A DNA stretch of 64,000 nt, taken from positions 4,696-68,695 of the forward strand of contig DATLYR010000087.1 in assembly GCA_035574475.1 (NCBI GenBank), written 5' to 3'. This DNA is from Nevskiales bacterium (GTDB taxonomy: Bacteria > Pseudomonadota > Gammaproteobacteria > Nevskiales > DATLYR01). Shown here piece after piece: positions 58,808-64,000 of the stretch. The translations under genes and the position numbers were made by a program. Within the stretch, counting starts at the first letter, position 1, and each line of letters starts with the position of its first letter. The notes under the pieces are model-generated. The model was not told the DNA's origin. It saw nothing but the letters and a program-made list of their open reading frames with translations, and did no database searches.

Positions 58808-58875
58808 CTCGCGCTTCGTGTGGGCGTGGCGTCTGGCCAGGGGGCCGGATCGGAGCCACGCCCGAGGTTCTCGCC

Positions 58876-60078
58876 ATGAAGGAAGATTTTCCCCGGATCA
58901 AGCGGCTGCCGCCGTACGTCTTCAACATCGTCGGGGACCTCAAGCGCGCAGCTCGCGCCCGTGGCGAAGACATCATCGACTTCGGCATGGGCAATCCGGA
59001 CCAGCCGACGCCCAAGCACATCGTCGACAAGCTGGTCGAGGTGGCGCAGCGCGACGATACCCACCGCTACTCCGTGTCCAGGGGCATCCCGCGCCTGCGC
59101 CGTGCCATCTGCAACTGGTACAAGCGCCGCTACGACGTGGACCTCGACATGGACAGTGAGGCCATCGTCACCATCGGCTCCAAGGAGGGCCTGGCGCACC
59201 TGGCGCTGGCGACCCTCGGACCCGGCGACGTGGTGCTGGTGCCCAACCCGGCCTATCCGATCCATCCCTACAGCGTGGTGATCGCCGGCGCCGACGTGCG
59301 CCACGTGCCGCTGGTGCCCGGCGTGGATTTCTTCGCGGAGCTCGAGCGCGCGATCCGGGAAACCTGGCCGCGGCCCAAGATGCTGCTGCTGAGCTTCCCG
59401 GCCAATCCCACCACCCAGTGCGTCGAGCTGGATTTCTTCGAGCGCGTGGTGGCGCTGGCCAGGGAATACGAGCTGTGGGTCGTCCACGACCTGGCTTACG
59501 CCGACCTGGTGTTCGACGGCTACAAGGCGCCGTCGATCCTGCAGGTGCCCGGTGCCAAGGACTGCGCGGTGGAATTCTTCACTCTGTCCAAGAGCTACAA
59601 CATGCCGGGCTGGCGCGTCGGTTTCATGGTCGGCAACCCTAAGCTGGTCTACGCGCTCGGGCGCATGAAGTCCTATCTCGACTACGGCACCTTCACGCCG
59701 ATTCAGGTCGCTGCGATCGCCGCGCTCGAGGGTCCGCAGGACTGCGTCGCCGAGATCTGCGAGATGTACCGGCACCGCCGCGACGTGCTGTGCGACGGCC
59801 TCAACGCGATGGGCTGGACGCTGCAGAAGCCGAAGGCGACCATGTTCGTCTGGGCACCGGTGCCCGAGCCGTTCCGGCATCTGGGTTCGCTGGAGTTCTC
59901 CAAGCTGCTGCTGTCCGAGGCCAAGGTTGCGGTATCGCCCGGCATCGGCTTCGGCGACTACGGTGACGATCACGTGCGCTTTGGCCTGATCGAGAACGAG
60001 CACCGCACCCGCCAGGCGCTGCGCGGTATCAAGCGCCTGCTCAAACAGGGGCCGCAGCGTGCGGTGGCCGGCGCATGA
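58876..60078 (+). CDS. PLP-dependent class I/II aminotransferase (AlaC-like)
   Basis: 400 aa. [13 protein letters not shown]-lysine [18 protein letters not shown]-coupled to hom. Confidence 0.88.
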   Translation: MKEDFPRIKRLPPYVFNIVGDLKRAARARGEDIIDFGMGNPDQPTPKHIVDKLVEVAQRDDTHRYSVSRGIPRLRRAICNWYKRRYDVDLDMDSEAIVTIGSKEGLAHLALATLGPGDVVLVPNPAYPIHPYSVVIAGADVRHVPLVPGVDFFAELERAIRETWPRPKMLLLSFPANPTTQCVELDFFERVVALAREYELWVVHDLAYADLVFDGYKAPSILQVPGAKDCAVEFFTLSKSYNMPGWRVGFMVGNPKLVYALGRMKSYLDYGTFTPIQVAAIAALEGPQDCVAEICEMYRHRRDVLCDGLNAMGWTLQKPKATMFVWAPVPEPFRHLGSLEFSKLLLSEAKVAVSPGIGFGDYGDDHVRFGLIENEHRTRQALRGIKRLLKQGPQRAVAGA

Positions 60079-61394
60079 GCCTCAAGCCGGTCAACGTCGG
60101 CCTGCTGGGCCTGGGCACCGTCGGCACCGGCACCCTGAAGGTGCTGGCGCGCAATGCCGACGAGATCGCGCGCCGCGCCGGTCGCGGCATCCGCGTCACG
60201 CACGCCTCGGCGCGCGACCTGGCCAAGCCGCGCGCCCATGACCTGCAGGGCATCCACCTGTGTGCCGATCCGTTCGAGGTGGTGCGCGAGCCCTCGGTCA
60301 AGGTGGTGGCGGAACTGATCGGCGGCACCGGCAAGGCGCGCGAGCTGGTGCTGGAGGCCATCGCCCACGAGAAACACGTGGTGACCGCCAACAAGGCGCT
60401 GCTGGCGCTGCACGGCGCCGAGATTTTCGAGGCTGCGCAGAGGAAGGGCGTGGTGGTCGCCTTCGAGGCCGCGGTCGCCGGCGGCATCCCGGTCATCAAG
60501 GCGATCCGCGAGGGCCTGGCTGGCAATCGCATCGAGTGGCTGGCCGGCATCATCAACGGCACCTGCAACTACATCCTGAGCCAGATGCAGGAGGCCGGGC
60601 GCGATTTCGCCGACGTGCTTAAGGAGGCGCAGGCGCTGGGCTATGCCGAGGCCGATCCGGGCTTCGACATCGACGGCGTCGATGCCGCGCACAAGCTCAC
60701 CATCCTGGCCTCGATCGCCTTCGGCATCCCGCTGGACTTCGGCAAGCTCAGCGTCGACGGTATCCGCGGCGTCAGCGCGCGCGACATCGCTTATGCGCGC
60801 GAGCTGGGCTACCGCATCAAGCACCTCGGCATCGCGCGGCGCAGGCCCGAGGGCGTCGAACTGCGCGTGCAGGCGGCGCTGATCAGCCAGCGCGAGATGC
60901 TGGCGGGCGTCAACGGCGTCATGAACGCCGTCATGGTCAAGGGCGACGCCGCCGGCCCGACGGCCTATTACGGCGCCGGCGCCGGCGCCGAGGCCACCGC
61001 CTCGGCCGTGGTCGCCGACCTGGTGGACGTGGTGCGCACGCTCACCACCGATCCGCACAACCGCGTGCCGCACCTGGCCTTCCAGCCGGACGCCATCAAC
61101 CCGCTGCCGGTGCTCGCGCCGGTAGACTACCGCAGCGCCTACTACCTGTGCCTGCAGGTGGTGGACAAGCCCGGCGTGCTGGCACGCATCGCGCAGGTAC
61201 TGGCCGAGCACGACATCAGCATCGAGGCCATACGTCAGCAGGAGCCCAAAGCCGGCGCTACCGCTGTGGACGTGGTGATCCTGACCGGGCCGGTGCGCGA
61301 GGGATGCATGCTCGACGCGCAGCGCGCGCTCGAAGCGCTGGACAGCGTGCGCGACGGCATTACCCGCCTGCGCGTGGAACACCTGGAACAATGA
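60075..61394 (+). CDS. hom: Homoserine dehydrogenase
   Basis: 439 aa. N-terminal [15 protein letters not shown](P) site, central catalytic domain, C-terminal ACT domain. Confidence 0.95.
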   Translation: MSLKPVNVGLLGLGTVGTGTLKVLARNADEIARRAGRGIRVTHASARDLAKPRAHDLQGIHLCADPFEVVREPSVKVVAELIGGTGKARELVLEAIAHEKHVVTANKALLALHGAEIFEAAQRKGVVVAFEAAVAGGIPVIKAIREGLAGNRIEWLAGIINGTCNYILSQMQEAGRDFADVLKEAQALGYAEADPGFDIDGVDAAHKLTILASIAFGIPLDFGKLSVDGIRGVSARDIAYARELGYRIKHLGIARRRPEGVELRVQAALISQREMLAGVNGVMNAVMVKGDAAGPTAYYGAGAGAEATASAVVADLVDVVRTLTTDPHNRVPHLAFQPDAINPLPVLAPVDYRSAYYLCLQVVDKPGVLARIAQVLAEHDISIEAIRQQEPKAGATAVDVVILTGPVREGCMLDAQRALEALDSVRDGITRLRVEHLEQ

Positions 61395-62545
61395 CGGAAG
61401 GCCCGCCCGTGAGCAACGCCAAGCACTATACCGGCCTCATCGAGCGCTACCGCGCGCGCCTGCCGGTCTCCGCGCAGACGCCGGTCGTCAGCCTGGGCGA
61501 GGGCGACACGCCCCTGATCCCGCTGCGCAACATCCCGCGCCGGCTGGGCCTGGACGTGCAGCTCTACGTCAAGTTCGAGGGCCTCAACCCCACCGGCTCG
61601 TTCAAGGACCGCGGCATGACCCTGGCGGTGACCAAGGCGGTGGAGGCGGGCAGCCGCGCCATCATCTGCGCCTCCACCGGCAATACTTCGGCGGCCGCGG
61701 CGGCCTACGCGGCACGCGCAGGCATCACCGCCTTCGTCCTGATCCCGGACGGCAAGATCGCCATGGGCAAACTGGCCCAGGCGCTGATGCACGGCGCGGT
61801 GGTGATCCAGATCAAGGGCAACTTCGACGCCGGCATGCAGCTGGTCAAGGAAGTGGCACAGAGCGCACCGGTCACGATCGTGAACTCGATCAACCCCTTC
61901 CGGCTGCAGGGCCAGAAGACCGCGGCCTTCGAGATCGTCGAGGCGCTCGGCCGTGCGCCCGATTTCCACTGCCTGCCGGTCGGCAATGCCGGCAACATCA
62001 CCGCGCACTGGATCGGTTATTCCGAATACGCCGGCATCCAGACCCAGGCCTGCGCCTATTGCGAGGGCCACTGCAAATGCCGGCATGAGCCGGTGACGGC
62101 AGGCCGGCCGCGTATGGTCGGCTACCAGGCCTCGGGCAGCGCGCCGTTCCTGCGCGGCAAAATGGTGGATCAGCCCGAGACGGTCGCCACTGCGATCCGC
62201 ATCGGCCACCCGCAGAGCTGGGACCGCGCTTGGGTCGTGCAAAAGGAATCGAACGGCTGGTTCGAGGAGTGCACCGACGACGAAATCCTCGATGCCCAGC
62301 AGCTGCTGGCGCGCGCCGAAGGCGTGTTCTGCGAACCGGCCTCCGCCACCTCGGTGGCCGGTGCCCTGCGTGACATCCGCTCAGGCAGGATCCCGGCCGG
62401 CAGCACGGTGGTCTGCACCCTGACCGGACACGGCCTCAAGGATCCGGACGTGGCCATCGCCCAGGGGCGCAATACGCCGATGGTGACGGTGGAAGCCACC
62501 CTGCCGTCGGTCAGCCAGGCGATCCTCTCCCACATCCAGGGCTGA
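61391..62545 (+). CDS. thrC: Threonine synthase (short type) with a Cys-rich insertion
   Basis: ATG 61391 overlaps the hom stop. YTGLIERYRARLPV; PLP-lysine NPTGSFKDRG. 384 aa. Confidence 0.93.
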   Translation: MTEGPPVSNAKHYTGLIERYRARLPVSAQTPVVSLGEGDTPLIPLRNIPRRLGLDVQLYVKFEGLNPTGSFKDRGMTLAVTKAVEAGSRAIICASTGNTSAAAAAYAARAGITAFVLIPDGKIAMGKLAQALMHGAVVIQIKGNFDAGMQLVKEVAQSAPVTIVNSINPFRLQGQKTAAFEIVEALGRAPDFHCLPVGNAGNITAHWIGYSEYAGIQTQACAYCEGHCKCRHEPVTAGRPRMVGYQASGSAPFLRGKMVDQPETVATAIRIGHPQSWDRAWVVQKESNGWFEECTDDEILDAQQLLARAEGVFCEPASATSVAGALRDIRSGRIPAGSTVVCTLTGHGLKDPDVAIAQGRNTPMVTVEATLPSVSQAILSHIQG

Positions 62546-62556
62546 CCCCGCCGCGC

Positions 62557-64000
62557 ATGATGCGGCGCCGTATCCAGCGACGCAGCCCGCAGGCCGCCGA
62601 CGAACTGCCGGCCGGTCTGCATCCGGTGCTGCGCCGCGTATATCTCAACCGCGGCATCGGCACGGCCGCCGATACCGACCTCAGCCTGTCCCGCCTGCTG
62701 CCGTTCCACACGCTCAAGGGTATCGACCAGGCCGTCGAGCTGCTGTGCGAGGCGCTGCGGCGCCAGTGGCATGTCTGCGTGATCGGCGACTACGATGCCG
62801 ACGGCGCTACCAGCACCGCGCTGGTGGTTTCTCTGCTGCGCCAGTTCGGACTGGCGCAGGTCAGTTACCTGGTGCCGGACCGTTTCCGCTACGGCTACGG
62901 CCTGACACCCGAGATCGTCGCCCTGGCACGCCTGCGCCGGCCGGACCTTCTGATCACCGTCGACAACGGCATTGCCAGCGTCGAAGGGGTGGCAGCGGCG
63001 CGCGCGGCGGGCATGCGGGTGCTGATCACCGATCACCATCTCCCGGGGAAGGTGCTACCGCAGGCCGACGCCATCGTCAATCCCAATCAGCCGGGTTGCG
63101 ACTTCCCGAGCAAGGCGCTGGCCGGGGTCGGCGTGGCCTTCTACCTGATGTCGGCGCTGCGCGCCCGGCTGCGCGCGGACGGACAGGGGCAAGGTCCCTC
63201 GCTCGTGGGCTGGCTGGACCTGGTCGCCTTGGGCACCGTGGCGGATGTGGTATCGCTGGATCACAACAACCGCATCTTGGTCGAACAGGGTCTGCGACGA
63301 CTGCGCGCCGGCCGCGCGCGGCCCGGCATCCAGGCCCTGCTGCGCGTGGCGGGGCGCGACGTCACGCTGGCTACCAGCAGCGATCTGGGTTATGCCGTGG
63401 CCCCGCGGCTGAACGCTGCCGGCCGGCTGGACGACATGGGCATCGGCATCGAGTGCCTGCTGAGCGATGACGAAGACAGGGCCCTGCAGCAGGCCCGCCG
63501 GCTCGACCAGCTCAATCGCGAGCGGCGGGCGCTGCAGCAGCAGATGCAGGAGGGGGCGCTGGCCGATCTGGCCGGGCAGCTGGATGCGGGTGAGTTGCCG
63601 GTCGGGCTCTGCGTCTACGATCCACAATGGCATCAGGGGGTCACCGGCCCCGTCGCGGGTCGGCTCAAGGAGCATTACCACCGGCCGGTGGTGGCTTTCG
63701 CACCAGCGGAGCCGGGTTTGCTCAAGGGCTCGGGCCGTTCGGTCGCGGGCTTCCACCTGCGTGATGCGCTGGATGCCATCGCCACCCGGAATCCGGGTCT
63801 GATCACGAAATTCGGTGGCCATGCGATGGCAGCAGGCCTGAGCCTGGAAACCGCGCGGCTCGACGAGTTTCGCCATGCCTTCGATCGGGAAGCGCGCCGC
63901 TGGCTGGACGCATCCGCCCTCGATGGCGTGATCGAGAGCGATGGTGAGCTCGCGCCGGCCGAGATCAGTCTGGCGCTGGCCGAGGCCCTGCTTGGCGCAG
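62557..64000 (+). CDS. recJ: Single-stranded-DNA-specific exonuclease RecJ (3' end outside the window)
   Basis: Not in the ORF track because no stop falls in the window. My translation from ATG 62557 gives MMRRRIQRRSPQAADELPAGLHPVLRRVYLNRGI..., with DHH-family motifs VIGDYDADG, TVDNG and ITDHH. Confidence 0.9.
   Translation, partial: MMRRRIQRRSPQAADELPAGLHPVLRRVYLNRGIGTAADTDLSLSRLLPFHTLKGIDQAVELLCEALRRQWHVCVIGDYDADGATSTALVVSLLRQFGLAQVSYLVPDRFRYGYGLTPEIVALARLRRPDLLITVDNGIASVEGVAAARAAGMRVLITDHHLPGKVLPQADAIVNPNQPGCDFPSKALAGVGVAFYLMSALRARLRADGQGQGPSLVGWLDLVALGTVADVVSLDHNNRILVEQGLRRLRAGRARPGIQALLRVAGRDVTLATSSDLGYAVAPRLNAAGRLDDMGIGIECLLSDDEDRALQQARRLDQLNRERRALQQQMQEGALADLAGQLDAGELPVGLCVYDPQWHQGVTGPVAGRLKEHYHRPVVAFAPAEPGLLKGSGRSVAGFHLRDALDAIATRNPGLITKFGGHAMAAGLSLETARLDEFRHAFDREARRWLDASALDGVIESDGELAPAEISLALAEALLGA

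Noticed and set aside
58750-58875. A bona fide rsmZ/RsmY-type sRNA gene downstream of rpoS.
   Set aside because: The spacer is only 126 nt and has to hold a promoter and the SD of the next operon. I found no GacA-box-like palindrome (TGTAAG-N6-CTTACA) and no terminator, and only a few GGA motifs. It is kept only as a low-interest structured-leader observation.

Overview
This is a 64-kb high-GC chromosome segment, almost certainly gammaproteobacterial judging by gene order. It is packed nearly end to end with conserved housekeeping genes. Left to right: obg-proB (+), rpsT (-), and murJ-ribF-ileS-lspA-ispH-thiO (+). Next is a minus-strand type IV pilus minor-pilin cluster (fimT, then fimU-pilV-pilW-pilX-pilY1-pilE). 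Then come a degenerate tRNA-Thr copy and an intact tRNA-Thr(CGU). A small mixed patch follows: an RcnB/CigR-like periplasmic protein, a 74-bp MITE/REP-like element, comEA, tRNA-Ser(UGA), class I fructose-bisphosphate aldolase and a cNMP-binding patatin-like lipase. After that: dapE, an arsC-family gene, dapD, dapC, glnD and map (-). The long plus-strand block is rpsB-tsf-pyrH-frr-uppS-cdsA-dxr-rseP-bamA-skp-lpxD-fabZ-lpxA-rnhB-dnaE-accA-tilS-pyrG-kdsA-eno-ftsB-ispD-ispF. The window ends with tetR (+) and smr (-), surE-pcm-nlpD-rpoS, and aminotransferase-hom-thrC-recJ (recJ runs off the window and is missing from the ORF track). All intergenic gaps are under about 330 nt. I found no CRISPR array, transposase, integrase, phage genes, toxin-antitoxin pair, defence-type cluster or run of unassigned ORFs. 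I therefore do NOT claim a novel multi-gene system in this window. The most unusual items are small-scale. (1) A promoter-proximal, tRNA-like degenerate copy of tRNA-Thr shares an exact 19-nt 5' repeat with the intact gene, next to the pilin cluster. (2) lpxB is absent from its canonical slot, which holds an 80-nt A/T-rich spacer with phased GGAT/ATCC arrays and a uORF abutting an SD-less GTG start of rnhB. (3) The pilin cluster is visibly lower in GC. (4) A MITE-like double-hairpin element is present. (5) ThrC carries a Cys-rich insertion. (6) A stand-alone cNMP-sensing patatin lipase is present. Many long antisense ORFs in the track are high-GC artefacts.
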